This document shows positions 35,359-46,883 of a stretch of DNA of 64,000 nt, in pieces. The notes beneath the pieces are model-generated. The model had not been told where the DNA came from. It ran no database searches and saw nothing but the letters and a program-made list of their open reading frames with translations. The stretch spans positions 128,001 through 192,000 of the forward strand of contig CAWBCJ010000025.1 of assembly GCA_963787255.1 (NCBI GenBank). Reading direction: 5' to 3'. This DNA is from Methanobacteriota archaeon (lineage in GTDB: Archaea > Methanobacteriota > Methanobacteria > Methanobacteriales > Methanobacteriaceae). Each line of letters begins with the position of its first letter. The stretch's first letter is position 1. The translations under genes and the position numbers were made by a program.

Positions 35359-36018
35359 ATGAAAATTATAGCACATAGAGGTGCTTCATATTTTGAGCCT
35401 GAAAATACATTAAGGGCATATAAAAGAGCAATAAAAATGGGTGCAGATTTTGTTGAAGTTGATGTGCGATTAAGTAAAGATAAAGAGCTTGTTATAATGC
35501 ACGATGCTGATGTCAGCAGAACAACCAATGGAAAAGGACTTGTAAAAGATTTAACTCTTGATGAACTAAAAGAACTCGATGCAGGTCTTGGAGAAAATAT
35601 TCCAACCCTTGAAGAAGTGATTAAACTTGTAAAAAATGAAATCGGTCTTGTTGTGGAAATTAAAGAACCAGGCACCGAAAACCACATAATAAAAAAGATA
35701 GAAGAAAATAATTTAGAAAACATAATTTTAACATCGTTTTTCCATAAAACAGTGAAAAATGTGTGTAAATCTAGTTTAAAAATTGATGCAGGGATAATTT
35801 TTGTGGGAGAACCTATAAATGTTCATAAATTGGCTGCTGATGCTAATGCAAACGTAATTTTCCCTAGTTACAGGTATATGACTGAAGAACTTGTTAAAAA
35901 TGCAAAAAAGCACGATCTAATTGTTTATCCCTGGGCAATTGATAATGAAGAAATATTTAATAAATTTGCCGAAATGGGCGTTGACGGAATTGTGACTAAT
36001 AAGTTAATTAAAAGATAA
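35359..36018 (+). CDS. Glycerophosphodiester phosphodiesterase
   Basis: IIAHRGAS..EPENT, EVDVRLSKD..LVIMHD, IPTLEEV, EIK, GVDGIVTN. Confidence 0.93.
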   Translation: MKIIAHRGASYFEPENTLRAYKRAIKMGADFVEVDVRLSKDKELVIMHDADVSRTTNGKGLVKDLTLDELKELDAGLGENIPTLEEVIKLVKNEIGLVVEIKEPGTENHIIKKIEENNLENIILTSFFHKTVKNVCKSSLKIDAGIIFVGEPINVHKLAADANANVIFPSYRYMTEELVKNAKKHDLIVYPWAIDNEEIFNKFAEMGVDGIVTNKLIKR

Positions 36019-36063
36019 AAATAAATGAAAAATTAAGTAAATAGCTACTTTTAATTAAATTGC

Positions 36064-36729
36064 TTAAATTAAATCCTTATTTCTTAAAATTTCAACGGGA
36101 TTATCTCTTAATATAGTTGAAATATGTTTTTCTGGAATACCTGCACCTAAGGCTAGTCTGTAAGCTGTTTCATAGGATATTATGTCTCTGGGTGCGTGTG
36201 TATCTGTATTTAAAACTAGATTAGCTCCTACTTCAAGTGCTACCTTGGCTACATGTCCATTTGAAAGGCTGTGCCCTCTTCTGGCGCTTATTTCAAGTGC
36301 TATATTATTATCTCTGGCTATTTCTGCTTCTTCATGTGTTATAAGTCCGGGATGTGCTAAAATATCTACATCTGGACAATTTACAGCAGCCATATTGGTT
36401 CCTTCTATTACTGGTTCAACTAGTGTTTCTCCATGAACTACTATAATTTCAGCGCCTAGTTTTCGTGCTTTACTTGCAAGTTTTCCTATAATTTCTGCAG
36501 GTGCATGGGTAATTTCAGCACCGGGAATAACTTCAATATCCCAATTCTTTTTTATATCCAGTATTACATCTCTAACGCGTCTAACGCAATCAATATTAGA
36601 TGCGTCAACGTGATCAGTTATTGCAATTGCTTCGTGGTTTAAAACGCTGGCTCTTCTAGCAATTTCAGAAGGTAAAAGTTCCCCATCGCTAAATATACTA
36701 TGCATATGAAGGTCTATTCTTTTATTTAT
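36064..36729 (-). CDS. PHP-domain phosphoesterase (histidinol-phosphatase-like)
   Basis: DLHMHS..SDG, ITDH, GAEITH, VHGET, ILAHPG, NTDTH; start uncertain (ATA 36729 after GGAGG, or ATG 36753). Confidence 0.88.
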   Translation of the reverse strand: MNKRIDLHMHSIFSDGELLPSEIARRASVLNHEAIAITDHVDASNIDCVRRVRDVILDIKKNWDIEVIPGAEITHAPAEIIGKLASKARKLGAEIIVVHGETLVEPVIEGTNMAAVNCPDVDILAHPGLITHEEAEIARDNNIALEISARRGHSLSNGHVAKVALEVGANLVLNTDTHAPRDIISYETAYRLALGAGIPEKHISTILRDNPVEILRNKDLI

Positions 36730-36920
36730 AAAATTTCCTCCTAATATAATCATTATCAAGTTCTAATTAGAAGTTATAATCCAAAATTTAATGAGAATTA
36801 TGAAATTCTAATTATTTATTAACTAATCTTTTTATTATCAATATAATATATTAAATATAATGATTATAATTTGAATGTTGCTGAATTTCTTTATTTAATA
36901 ATATACTTTCGGGTGTTAAG

Positions 36921-37793
36921 ATGAATTGTTCTGTATTTGTTCCTTCTCATATTACTGGCTTTTTTGAAATAATAGATAACCAGAATCTTCTTAAAAAGGG
37001 ATCTAGGGGTGCTGGAATTGTCATGGACAAAGGAGTTATAACTAAAACAAAAATAAGTGATGGAAATGGAATAAAAATTAAAATCAATGGCCAAAATGAC
37101 CCAAGAAATGCTACAATAACTGAAAAAACTATTGAAATCATTAAAAGAGAGTATAATTTAGATGATAAAAAAATAATGATAGATCATGAGGTAGGCGTAC
37201 CTATCGGCGCGGGGTTTGGAACTTCTGCTGCATTTGCATTGGGAACTGCACTTGGAATATCAAATATTCTTAAACTACCTCTAACTTTTAATGGCGCGGC
37301 TCAAATTGCTCATATTGCCGAGGTGGAAATGAAAAGCGGTCTAGGAGATGTTATAGGGGAAATATCTGGAGGAATGGTTTTAAGGCTTAAAGAGGGTGCG
37401 CCGGGAATTGGAAGCACTGATAAAATATTGTTAAATGAGTCTGAGGAACTTTTTATCATTTCTAAAACGTTTGGTGAAATAAAAACTGCAGATATTATTG
37501 AAGATCCTGTTTGTAAAGAAAGAATAAATTCCATAGGTAGAAATTTGCTTTTAAAACTTATTAAATATCCTAAACCTGAAAATTTAATGAATTTATCAAA
37601 GAAATTTGCTGAAAAGACTGGATTAATGAGCAGCGAGGTTTCTGAAATTGTAAAGATACTTGAAGAGGAAACAGTAGGGGCTTCAATGGCTATGCTTGGA
37701 AACACTGCGTTTGCTATTTCTAAAAGTCCTGATGTGAGTATTGAAGATGTATTAGTTTCTAAAGTTAATTATAATGGGCTAAAATTTTTATAA
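36921..37793 (+). CDS. Pantoate kinase (GHMP family)
   Basis: PSHITGFF, GSRGAG, PIGAGFGTS, AHIAEV..KSGLGDV, SMAMLGNT. Confidence 0.88.
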   Translation: MNCSVFVPSHITGFFEIIDNQNLLKKGSRGAGIVMDKGVITKTKISDGNGIKIKINGQNDPRNATITEKTIEIIKREYNLDDKKIMIDHEVGVPIGAGFGTSAAFALGTALGISNILKLPLTFNGAAQIAHIAEVEMKSGLGDVIGEISGGMVLRLKEGAPGIGSTDKILLNESEELFIISKTFGEIKTADIIEDPVCKERINSIGRNLLLKLIKYPKPENLMNLSKKFAEKTGLMSSEVSEIVKILEEETVGASMAMLGNTAFAISKSPDVSIEDVLVSKVNYNGLKFL

Positions 37794-37898
37794 ATTATAT
37801 AATTGAATTTTTTTTAACCACCATCTTCTGTAGACAATAATCAAAATAAGCACTAAAATCAGTATTCTTATGATAACATAAATTGTAATCCAGTCCAT
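37788..37898 (-). CDS. Putative single-TM microprotein (36 aa)
   Basis: Manual translation MDWITIYVIIRILILVLILIIVYRRWWLKKIQLYNL. Confidence 0.45.
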   Translation of the reverse strand: MDWITIYVIIRILILVLILIIVYRRWWLKKIQLYNL

Positions 37899-38084
37899 CT
37901 AGTAAATTTTTGTCATCCTTTAATATTAAATATTTACAATAAATTAATCAGTTTTGTAAAATTAGCCGATAAAGAATATTAAAAAAGAAACCTTTTTTAA
38001 TTTAGAGATTGATATTACATCCATTTATGGATTATACTGTCCTAGAAGATTTAAAACTAAAATTAATTAATTATAATCATTTTT

Positions 38085-38864
38085 TTAACAATCTATTATG
38101 GTGTAATGAATTCCTTCTTCATCCAGTTTTCTTGTAATGCTGCCTGTCATTTTACCGACCGCAAAAACAAGCACATTTAAACCTCTCTTTGAAGCAGCAA
38201 CCGCGGCATAAGGTGTGGCAAATTCAAAATCAGGAGAAATCATTAATTTATCAACAACTGCCCTGGAAATGGTTCCCATAATACCAACACGGTCAAATCC
38301 TTTATTATATATTTCAAGAATTTTATCTAAATCACAGGCTCTTGAACCGCCCTGATTTATGGTTGGCAGTCTAATTACAGTAACATCACCTGTTTTAAGC
38401 TCTATAATACCTTCTAATTTAGTTAATGCAACATCTTCGCCTTTTATAGCATCATCAAGCACTTCAGCCTTTGCAGATGCTTTATCTTTTGTAGCGTAGA
38501 GTGTTCCCTTTTCCATTTTTAGCCAAACTTTTTCACCTTTTTTAAGTTCTTCTTCTGCAATAGCAGGCCATATTGATTTGTAGGTATTCATTGTTTCTAC
38601 AACTTCATCCGCATATTTTCTAAGGTCCATAGCTTCTTCTTTAAGCTTTTCAATACCTCTTTTAGTAATATGGTACCTGACAGTGTCTTCACGTATTTCT
38701 ACAAATCCATCATCAGTTAAGCTTTTAATGTTTTCAGAAACTGCCTGAACAGTTATTCCAAGCTTCACGGCAATATCCTTCTGTCTTAGATGAGGCTGGT
38801 TTTTAGCAATCTCCGCTAAAATTTGGAATCTAGTTAACTCTCCTTTCTTTTTAAAAACTTTTAT
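38085..38864 (-). CDS. Winged-HTH transcriptional regulator (COG1497-like)
   Basis: Frame extends 32 codons above the ORF-track start: (I)[47 protein letters not shown]...G, a complete HTH. Confidence 0.82.
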   Translation of the reverse strand: MKVFKKKGELTRFQILAEIAKNQPHLRQKDIAVKLGITVQAVSENIKSLTDDGFVEIREDTVRYHITKRGIEKLKEEAMDLRKYADEVVETMNTYKSIWPAIAEEELKKGEKVWLKMEKGTLYATKDKASAKAEVLDDAIKGEDVALTKLEGIIELKTGDVTVIRLPTINQGGSRACDLDKILEIYNKGFDRVGIMGTISRAVVDKLMISPDFEFATPYAAVAASKRGLNVLVFAVGKMTGSITRKLDEEGIHYTIIDC

Positions 38865-38898
38865 TTTTACACCCCCCTCACCATAATTAACTCTTTAT

Positions 38899-40308
38899 CT
38901 ATACTACTCCCTTCAAATACTCATCAAAGGTTTTAAGGAATTTATCCATATTATCTCTGGGAATATAGGCGCCGCATGCAACAGAATGCCCTCCACCATT
39001 TCCACCAACTTTTCCAGCAACTTTCCGAATAATATTTCCAAAATGTATTCCATCATATGCTAAAAGTCGTGAACATCTAAGGGAAACTTTTAACCCATTA
39101 TCATCTTCACCTACAGGTGTAAAACCAATTATTGGTTTCCTCCAGTCACCATAACTTAAAATCATCCCTGCAACTGTTCCTATTACTTCACTTTTTATTT
39201 CGTTTCCCTCAAAATACTGAAGATTCTGCAATTGTACAATTCTATCTTCTCCCCGTACCCAGTCCATCTTTTTTGCAAGATATATTCTATGTTCTTTGGT
39301 AAGGTATTCCATTTCATCTAAAGCAAATTGTCTATCTCCTTTTAGCACTTTAAATGCTATATCTGGATTATTATGTCTGCTGCAAGCATTTACTGCTGTT
39401 GAAAATTCGCTGGCATCCCTGAGTGGAGAATGTTTCTTTTCACTAATGAAATCATAGTATTCTCCTGCAATAAGTTTAGGAACGTGTTTTATGTATTTTT
39501 TGGGTACTTCGCGGCTTAACATTCTTACAAGTTCGGAAAATATTTTATTTTTCTCTTCGGATGTTAGATCAGATAATGTACGTGCTTTTTTACCTTTTTT
39601 TGTTGGAATACCAAGATCTTTTAGCATTTGAATACATTCATTTCTGTTATTGGTTATGGGTAGGTTTACATCGCCGAAATATGATAATGCAACAAATATT
39701 GGGCGTGTCTGTCTTCCATAGATGGAAAGATCGTTTGCAGATGATACAAGGTTGTGTTGGATGCTATCATTAAGTATATTTCTATTTAGTCCCACTAGTT
39801 TCCCGGTTAAGCTGTTTTGCATATCTCCAACAGCGCTTAAAACTCCTAACCAGCTTAAATCGTAAAAACCAAAAGTTCTTGCAAGTATATATGACATTCC
39901 CCCTCCAGAAATCTCATATGAACCGTCTAAACCGTAATAATGTGGATTTAACTCTAAAAATTCACCTGCAACATGGTTATCATAAACCATTGGCCGTAAT
40001 GGAGGGTGATGATCTAAAATTAGTATTTTTGATGAAGAATTACCTAATTTATCTACGTTTTGACCGGATCCCAGATCAGAAAATATAGTGAGTTCATTTT
40101 CAATTTCAATGTTATCAATTTTATCTAGGGTGATGAATTCCACTTCATGATCCTTTTCTAGTTTATCAAGCATTAAGGATAGTAAAGACCCGGCACTTAT
40201 ACCATCACAATCAATATGGCTATATATCTTAATGTCTTCAGATTCTTTGACTAATTCATGCGCTTTTGAATAAGCCTTTTTTATCATTTCGTACCTTGCG
40301 GTTTCCAT
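38899..40308 (-). CDS. recJ: RecJ/Cdc45-like DHH family exonuclease
   Basis: HIDCDG, FSDLGSG, LDHH, VGDMQ, C-terminal GGGH..ACG (DHHA1). Confidence 0.88.
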   Translation of the reverse strand: METARYEMIKKAYSKAHELVKESEDIKIYSHIDCDGISAGSLLSLMLDKLEKDHEVEFITLDKIDNIEIENELTIFSDLGSGQNVDKLGNSSSKILILDHHPPLRPMVYDNHVAGEFLELNPHYYGLDGSYEISGGGMSYILARTFGFYDLSWLGVLSAVGDMQNSLTGKLVGLNRNILNDSIQHNLVSSANDLSIYGRQTRPIFVALSYFGDVNLPITNNRNECIQMLKDLGIPTKKGKKARTLSDLTSEEKNKIFSELVRMLSREVPKKYIKHVPKLIAGEYYDFISEKKHSPLRDASEFSTAVNACSRHNNPDIAFKVLKGDRQFALDEMEYLTKEHRIYLAKKMDWVRGEDRIVQLQNLQYFEGNEIKSEVIGTVAGMILSYGDWRKPIIGFTPVGEDDNGLKVSLRCSRLLAYDGIHFGNIIRKVAGKVGGNGGGHSVACGAYIPRDNMDKFLKTFDEYLKGVV

Positions 40309-40410
40309 TTTCAGTTATACTCCATATATGATTTTATAGTCATAGATTTGTTAAAAAAAATTAAATTAATTATAAATATAATTTTAAATTTAGGATAATT
40401 TAAGGCATTT

Positions 40411-40683
40411 TTATGATCTCGTTCCTTTTATCATATTGCTTATTTTAACTAGAATTTCCCTTTTAGAGATATTTTTATCTACAGAAACCCTTCCTGAAGT
40501 TTCCCACCATGACCTGGAATAAGATTTGTCATTTTCAACTTCGGGATTGAGATTCAACTTTTTAGCAGCATTAGATATTTCTCTTAATTTAGGGGATGGA
40601 ACTGCATTTTCTTTTGAAATACGTCTTCCTTCTTTTTTAGTTTTTTTAGAATCAATGTAAACAGGCCATATAATTGTTTTCAT
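40411..40683 (-). CDS. srp19: Signal recognition particle protein Srp19
   Basis: [33 protein letters not shown]. Confidence 0.94.
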   Translation of the reverse strand: MKTIIWPVYIDSKKTKKEGRRISKENAVPSPKLREISNAAKKLNLNPEVENDKSYSRSWWETSGRVSVDKNISKREILVKISNMIKGTRS

Positions 40684-40704
40684 AAAAAAAATCTCCTGTT
40701 TATT

Positions 40705-41475
40705 TTATATTACTTCAGCTAGTTTATCCAGCATGTCTTTGAAGGTATACACATCAGGCATTACTGGTTCAATTTCATATGCATCCAGGACTTTTTTAGT
40801 TATAGGGCCAATTGCAGCAACTATAACCTCTTTATTCCGTAATATATCTACAATTTCTCCTTTACCTTCTTCTTTTGCAGTTTTTATAAGGTTTTTGACA
40901 GTTAAAGGGCTTGTAAACATTATAATATCAATTTCTCGGTTTAAAATATCATTAATTAGTTCGTAAATCTTTGATTTGTCGTCGGGCATTTCTGATTTAT
41001 AGGCATCAGCTAGAATAACTTCAGCACCCCTATGTTGGAGTCCATGAGGGAGGGTATATCTTGCAACCATTGTTCTTGGAAGCCCTATTTTCATTCCTTT
41101 TACATCAAATTTTTCGAATGCTTCAAGTAATCCTTCTGCAGTGTAATCATCAGGAATTAAATCTGCCTTGAAGCCGTATTTATGTAATGCTTCGCCAGTT
41201 TTTGGACCTATAACTGCAACTTTTAAATCAGGAACATTTTCGAGATTACAATATTTAAAGAATGACTCTATTGCTCTTGGAGATGTAAATACAAGCCAGT
41301 CTAGTTCATTAAGAACATTACATAGTTTTATCATTTCTCCAGGCTTGGAATCTTTAAGTTCAATTGTAGGAGTTACAATTGGAATTGCACCATAAGATCT
41401 TACCATTTCTACTGAATCTTGAGCTCTTTCAGCAGGTCTAGTTATTACAATTTTTTTACCTTCTAATCCTTTCAT
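40705..41475 (-). CDS. hemD: Uroporphyrinogen-III synthase
   Basis: ITRP, FTSPRA, VIGPKT, AEGLL, FTSPLTV, AIGPIT. Confidence 0.92.
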   Translation of the reverse strand: MKGLEGKKIVITRPAERAQDSVEMVRSYGAIPIVTPTIELKDSKPGEMIKLCNVLNELDWLVFTSPRAIESFFKYCNLENVPDLKVAVIGPKTGEALHKYGFKADLIPDDYTAEGLLEAFEKFDVKGMKIGLPRTMVARYTLPHGLQHRGAEVILADAYKSEMPDDKSKIYELINDILNREIDIIMFTSPLTVKNLIKTAKEEGKGEIVDILRNKEVIVAAIGPITKKVLDAYEIEPVMPDVYTFKDMLDKLAEVI

Positions 41476-41493
41476 AATTAAACCTCTTGAAAA

Positions 41494-42207
41494 TTAATCA
41501 TTAATCTGGTTTATTTCTTTGTAAACATCAACTACATGTCCTATAACTACTAATGCAGGGGGGTTAATGTCTTTTTCTGTTATATTTTCAAGGGTACCGG
41601 TTATTACTCTCTGATTTTCCATTGTACCATTTTCAATTACGCATACGGGAGTGTCGGGGTCTTTATATTTCATTATTTCAGAAATATTTTCTTCTAAATT
41701 TCCAATACCCATGAGTATTATGATTGTATCGGCTGTGAAATCCCATTTAACCTGCTTTGATTCCTTTGTAGGGTCTTCATGCCCTGTAACAAGTGTAACT
41801 GAAGTCGCAATGCCCCTATGGGTAATTGGAAGTCCTATTGTTGTAGGAGCGCCGATTGCAGAAGTTACACCGGGAATTACCTTAAATTCAAGTCCTTCTC
41901 TGGTAAGGGCAAGCATTTCTTCTCCGCCTCTACCAAATATGAAAGGATCACCGCCTTTAAGTCTTACTACCACATTATTTTCTTTTGCCTCTTTAACTAG
42001 AATTTTATTTATTTCTTCTTGAGTTTTAGAGTGATGTCCAGCTTGTTTACCGACATAAATAAGCTTAGCACCTTCTGCATGATTTAAAATTTCTTCATTT
42101 GCAAGCTTATCGTATAATACTACATCAGCATCTTTTAATGCGTTAACTGCTTTTAGAGTAATTAGCTCTGGGTCTCCGGGTCCTGCGCCTACTAAATAAA
42201 CTACCAT
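41494..42207 (-). CDS. cobA: Uroporphyrinogen-III C-methyltransferase
   Basis: [43 protein letters not shown]. Confidence 0.95.
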   Translation of the reverse strand: MVVYLVGAGPGDPELITLKAVNALKDADVVLYDKLANEEILNHAEGAKLIYVGKQAGHHSKTQEEINKILVKEAKENNVVVRLKGGDPFIFGRGGEEMLALTREGLEFKVIPGVTSAIGAPTTIGLPITHRGIATSVTLVTGHEDPTKESKQVKWDFTADTIIILMGIGNLEENISEIMKYKDPDTPVCVIENGTMENQRVITGTLENITEKDINPPALVVIGHVVDVYKEINQIND

Positions 42208-42246
42208 GTATTCACCGTTCTATTTATAAAAAAAAATTATTTTAAA

Positions 42247-42903
42247 TTAAGATTTAAAGTTAATTATTCCCTTAAAGAATTTTAAACCGTCATCTGAACC
42301 TAAAACTGCTTCGGAAGCTCTTTCAGGATGGGGCATTACTGCACAAATCAGCCCACTTTCATCACAAACACCTGTAATTGCTTCCATTGAGCCATTAGGA
42401 TTTTTTCCTTCAAATTGCAGCACAATCTGGTCTTGATCGTGAAGTTTTTCTATTTCTTCAGTATAGTAACGGCCTTCTGCATGTGCTATGGGCATTTCAA
42501 TTATTTCATTTTTCTTGTACATGCTTGTAAATGGAGTTCTTGTTGAACTGACCTTTAGTGTAGCTCTTTTACAGATGAACTTAGCATTTTTGTTGTTGGT
42601 AAATACTCCTGGAACTAAACCTATCTCAGCAAGTATTTGAGCACCGTTGCAGATTCCAAGAACTGGTTTCTCTTCTTTAATTACTTTTTTAATGCCTGCA
42701 ATAACAGGAGTGATGCTTGCTATTGCCCCAGCTCTAAGATAATCTCCGTACGAGAATCCTCCAGGAATTACAATAGCATCATAATCGGTTAAATCTTCCT
42801 GGTTCCACCAGATGTAATCAGGCTCGCCTTCTGCTAGTTCAAGAGCATGAAAAACGTCTCTATCGCAGTTTGAACCGGGGAAACGTATGATTCCTACTTT
42901 CAT
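42247..42903 (-). CDS. purQ: FGAM synthase glutaminase subunit
   Basis: [37 protein letters not shown]. Confidence 0.97.
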   Translation of the reverse strand: MKVGIIRFPGSNCDRDVFHALELAEGEPDYIWWNQEDLTDYDAIVIPGGFSYGDYLRAGAIASITPVIAGIKKVIKEEKPVLGICNGAQILAEIGLVPGVFTNNKNAKFICKRATLKVSSTRTPFTSMYKKNEIIEMPIAHAEGRYYTEEIEKLHDQDQIVLQFEGKNPNGSMEAITGVCDESGLICAVMPHPERASEAVLGSDDGLKFFKGIINFKS

Positions 42904-42935
42904 TATTTTTCCTCTTTATTAGTTATAATGACTTT

Positions 42936-43190
42936 TTATCTGCTATTTGGGGTTATTTTGATCTCATAATCATGGATCACAGGATTACAGAGAAGTCTCT
43001 GGCACATATCGTCTACCTCTTCTTTAGCCAGATTTTCGTTTTCTTCATCAATTTTGAATTTAATTATTTCAATGGTATCAGTTCCTTCAACTTGGTATCC
43101 TAAAAGGGCAAGTGCTCTTTGTATTGTGGAAGCTTCAGGGTTTAGCATGCCTTTTTTAAGGCTTATTTTAACTTCAGCATCGTATTTCAT
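42936..43190 (-). CDS. purS: FGAM synthase subunit PurS
   Basis: [31 protein letters not shown]; lies between purC and purQ. Confidence 0.94.
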   Translation of the reverse strand: MKYDAEVKISLKKGMLNPEASTIQRALALLGYQVEGTDTIEIIKFKIDEENENLAKEEVDDMCQRLLCNPVIHDYEIKITPNSR

Positions 43191-43317
43191 CTTCATCACC
43201 AAAATAATAATTTCATTAAGCATTAATTTTTTTTATATTCATAAATCACAATCTATACTTATTAACTTTTTTAATAAAATATATTTAGGAATTTGTAAAT
43301 AAAATGTTTGTAGAGTC

Positions 43318-44064
43318 TTAAATTTTAATATTCCACCGTTTTTTATCTTCATCATCAAGTATTACTGCTGCAACTCTTTTATATGCATCAATAACTCCTG
43401 ATTCACCCTGTCTAAACAGATCCTTGTCTAATATATCACAAGTTTCAATATCCCAGAACCTACAAGTATCAGGACTTATTTCATCTCCTAAAACTAAGTT
43501 TCCTTCATTATCATAACCATATTCAATTTTAAAGTCAGGAAATAGAAGTCCTTTAGATTCCAGGAAATCCTTTAAAACCTTGTTAATTTTTAAGGTAGTT
43601 TCTTTTATAACTTTAAGCTTTTCTTCGTCAGTTAGACCCAGAGCAATGGCAATATCGTCATTTAACATGGGATCTCCATATTCATCACTTTTGTAGTCTA
43701 TCTGTATAATGGGAGGATCAAATGTTTGTTTTGGTTTAAATGGATATCTTCTAAGCAAGCTTCCTGCTGCTAAATTTCGGGTAATAACTTCAAGAGGGAT
43801 CATTTCCAGTTTCCATGAAAGCATGCATCCTGGTTTTATGAGTTTTATATATTGGGTTTTTATTCCTGCATCTTCAAGTATTTCAAAGAATTTTGCTGAA
43901 ATTATTGAGTTCCAGTAACCTTTTTGGCTTATTTTATCTTTTTTAGCCCCATCTCCTGCAGTAATATCATCTCTAAATTCTACAGCTACCTTTTTAGGGT
44001 CATTAGTTTCGTACACGCCTTTGGCTTTACCTTGGTATATAAGATTTCCAATTTTGACATTCAT
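43318..44064 (-). CDS. purC: SAICAR synthase
   Basis: [51 protein letters not shown]. Confidence 0.97.
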   Translation of the reverse strand: MNVKIGNLIYQGKAKGVYETNDPKKVAVEFRDDITAGDGAKKDKISQKGYWNSIISAKFFEILEDAGIKTQYIKLIKPGCMLSWKLEMIPLEVITRNLAAGSLLRRYPFKPKQTFDPPIIQIDYKSDEYGDPMLNDDIAIALGLTDEEKLKVIKETTLKINKVLKDFLESKGLLFPDFKIEYGYDNEGNLVLGDEISPDTCRFWDIETCDILDKDLFRQGESGVIDAYKRVAAVILDDEDKKRWNIKI

Positions 44065-44207
44065 ATTTAACTCCGTTCTTTATATTTAGTATCAAATACT
44101 TATATAGATTATAAACACCAATTAGTGATATTGCAATTTTCTAATTATGAAAATAATAAAAAATATAAGTAAATTAAGATCATAATAACATCATAAGGTG
44201 AAAAATC

Positions 44208-45986
44208 ATGTGTGGAATAATAGGATGTATACTAGACAATAAAAACGCTGCTCCCGTACTTTTAGATTGTGTAAAACGGTTGGAATACAGGGGTTATGAC
44301 TCAGTAGGTATTGCAACTTCTGGAAGCGAAATAACAATAAAAAAAGACAAAGGCAAGATTGATAACGTCCAGGAAAACTTAAACCTGACTAATCTGCCAG
44401 GGGAAATGGGAATAGCACACGTTAGATGGGCAACACACGGCCTTCCTACCAAGGAAAACGCCCACCCTCATACAGATTGTAAAAACAAGATCGCCGTAGT
44501 GCATAATGGAATAATAGAAAACTATAAGGAACTAAGAAGTAAATTAGTTGAAGAAGGGCATATTTTTAAATCTGAAACTGATACTGAAATAATTCCACAC
44601 CTTATAGAAAAGTATGTGGATGAAGGAAATGATTTTGAAATTTCAGTAAGACTTGCCGTGAAAAATCTTAAAGGCTCATATGCACTTGCTGCTATTTCTT
44701 GTGATGAGCCCAATAAAGTGGTGGGAGTAAGAAAAGAAAGCCCTCTTATAGTGGGAAAGGGTGAAACTGAATTTTTCATAGCTTCCGATGCGCCGGCCAT
44801 TTTACAGCATACAAACAATATTATTTATCTTGAAGACAATGAAATGGTAATTTTAACTGAAGATGGGATCACTATAAAAAATTCTGATGGTAATGTTATC
44901 CGAAAAGAAGTATTTGTTATTGATTGGACTCCAGATATGGCAGAAAAAGGCGGTTACGACCATTTCATGTTAAAAGAGATACACGAACAGCCAGAAGCAG
45001 TTAAAAACACTCTTCTTGAAGCACCCGAAATTCAAAAAATTGTCCAAAATTTCCCTGAATTCAATAGAATATGCTTTATAGCCTGTGGAACATCATATCA
45101 TGCTTCATTGATTGGTAAATATTTATTTGAAAACTTGGTGGGTATTCCAACAGATGTAACTCTTGCCTCAGAATTTGAATATTCCGCAGATACTCTAGAT
45201 GAAAAAACTCTTGTAATAGTCATAACCCAATCAGGTGAAACAGCTGACACACTTAAAGCTTTAAGAATGGTTAATCATAAAGCAAAAAGCCTTGCCATTG
45301 TAAATGTACTTGGAAGTACAGTAACAAGGGAAGCAGAATATGTTATATACACAAGAGCAGGTCCCGAAATTGGAGTTGCAGCAACAAAAACATATATCAG
45401 CCAATTAACATCCATTTATTTACTGGCTATCTTTATGAGTGGAAAGGAAGACTTATTGAAACAATTACAAAATATTCCAAAATATATGGAAAGTGCACTT
45501 GAAAAAGAAGATTTAATTAAAGAAATCAGTCAAAAGTACAAGGATGCATATGATTTCTTCTTCATAGGAAGAGGTTTTTCCTATCCAACTGCACTGGAAG
45601 GTGCATTAAAACTTAAAGAGATAACATATATTCACGGTGAAGGTTACGCTGCAGGAGAACTAAAACACGGACCTTTAGCGCTTATAGATGATGGTATTCC
45701 AGTGGTAGCTGTTGCACCTCCAGGTAAAAGTCATGATAAAACTTTAAGTAATGTTGAAGAAGTAAAAGCAAGAGGAGCTAAAGTAATAGGCCTTGGATCA
45801 TATGATGATGATGATTTAAGATCTGAAGCTCATGATTTAATCGAATTTGAAAATGAAATTAATGAAATGTTTTCAGCCATACCTTATGTGATTCCATTAC
45901 AGCTTCTATCATATCATATAAGTGTTTTGAAGGGTATTGATCCGGATAAACCTAAAAACTTGGCTAAATGTGTAACAGTAGAATAA
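44208..45986 (+). CDS. glmS: Glutamine--fructose-6-phosphate transaminase
   Basis: [48 protein letters not shown]. Confidence 0.97.
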   Translation: MCGIIGCILDNKNAAPVLLDCVKRLEYRGYDSVGIATSGSEITIKKDKGKIDNVQENLNLTNLPGEMGIAHVRWATHGLPTKENAHPHTDCKNKIAVVHNGIIENYKELRSKLVEEGHIFKSETDTEIIPHLIEKYVDEGNDFEISVRLAVKNLKGSYALAAISCDEPNKVVGVRKESPLIVGKGETEFFIASDAPAILQHTNNIIYLEDNEMVILTEDGITIKNSDGNVIRKEVFVIDWTPDMAEKGGYDHFMLKEIHEQPEAVKNTLLEAPEIQKIVQNFPEFNRICFIACGTSYHASLIGKYLFENLVGIPTDVTLASEFEYSADTLDEKTLVIVITQSGETADTLKALRMVNHKAKSLAIVNVLGSTVTREAEYVIYTRAGPEIGVAATKTYISQLTSIYLLAIFMSGKEDLLKQLQNIPKYMESALEKEDLIKEISQKYKDAYDFFFIGRGFSYPTALEGALKLKEITYIHGEGYAAGELKHGPLALIDDGIPVVAVAPPGKSHDKTLSNVEEVKARGAKVIGLGSYDDDDLRSEAHDLIEFENEINEMFSAIPYVIPLQLLSYHISVLKGIDPDKPKNLAKCVTVE

Positions 45987-45990
45987 ATGG

Positions 45991-46025
45991 GGATAATATA
46001 ATTATTCAATTATTATCCTTTTTTT
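45991..46025 (+). terminator. Hairpin plus T-run after glmS
   Basis: GGATAATA (45991-98) / TATTATCC (46011-18) followed by T7. Confidence 0.5.
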
Positions 46026-46079
46026 AGTTATTTTCCTTTTTAATAGTTGATTAAGGAAGACAATTTGTTTTGACTTTTT

Positions 46080-46883
46080 TTATGTATTTGGGTTTAAATT
46101 AAGGTCTAAAACGTAGTGTTCTTCTACGAAGTATCCTCTTTCTCCTAATTCCTTAATAATTTCCACAAGATTTTCAAGATCTACTGATTCAGCAGATTGA
46201 ACTTTAATATCCTTTTCGCTTACAGATAGTTTATCTTTAGGGCTTTTAAAGTCTTCGGCAACCTTTATCCATAAACTTTTAGGAACTTTTTCATTAAAAA
46301 GTTTGATTGTACCTGTGCTTTCTTCTTTTCCAATATCAGTTTGAGAACGATTTAACTCATTGAAACTTTGAATCTTTTCTTCCAATCTTTTTTCTACACC
46401 ATCTATTTCTCCAATCCCCCTTTTTTTTAGTTCGTCTGTATATGCTTTTATTAAATTAATCAGTTCATCATGGCTTTTAATTAACTTTTTTTCACTGTTT
46501 TTACGTTCTATTGCATAATTTATAGCTCTTGAAAGTATTCTGCTGTTTACATCTCCTTTCATTAAATAATCCTGTGCTCCCTCACGAACAGCCTTTACAG
46601 CAATTTCTTCATCATCTAAACCGCTAAGTATTACTATGGGTAGCTCAGGGTCATGTTTGTGTGCTTTTTCAAAGGTTTCTAGCCCATGACTATCCGGTAG
46701 GCTTAGATCTAAAAGTAAAATATCAACTGGATGTTTATCTAAATATTTAAGTCCGTCCTGTAGGTTGGTAACATTTTTTAATTCATATTTAGGCTTTGAA
46801 ATTTCTTTAAACATTTCAATGATAAAACGGGCATCTGCGGAATTATCTTCAATAAGCAATACTTTAACTAATTTGTCTAACAA
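46080..46883 (-). CDS. Response regulator receiver + coiled coil + unrecognised C-terminal domain
   Basis: VLLIEDN, LLDLSLPDSHG (phospho-Asp), ILSG, GAQDYLMK; TTG start after GGTGA. Confidence 0.88.
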   Translation of the reverse strand: MLDKLVKVLLIEDNSADARFIIEMFKEISKPKYELKNVTNLQDGLKYLDKHPVDILLLDLSLPDSHGLETFEKAHKHDPELPIVILSGLDDEEIAVKAVREGAQDYLMKGDVNSRILSRAINYAIERKNSEKKLIKSHDELINLIKAYTDELKKRGIGEIDGVEKRLEEKIQSFNELNRSQTDIGKEESTGTIKLFNEKVPKSLWIKVAEDFKSPKDKLSVSEKDIKVQSAESVDLENLVEIIKELGERGYFVEEHYVLDLNLNPNT

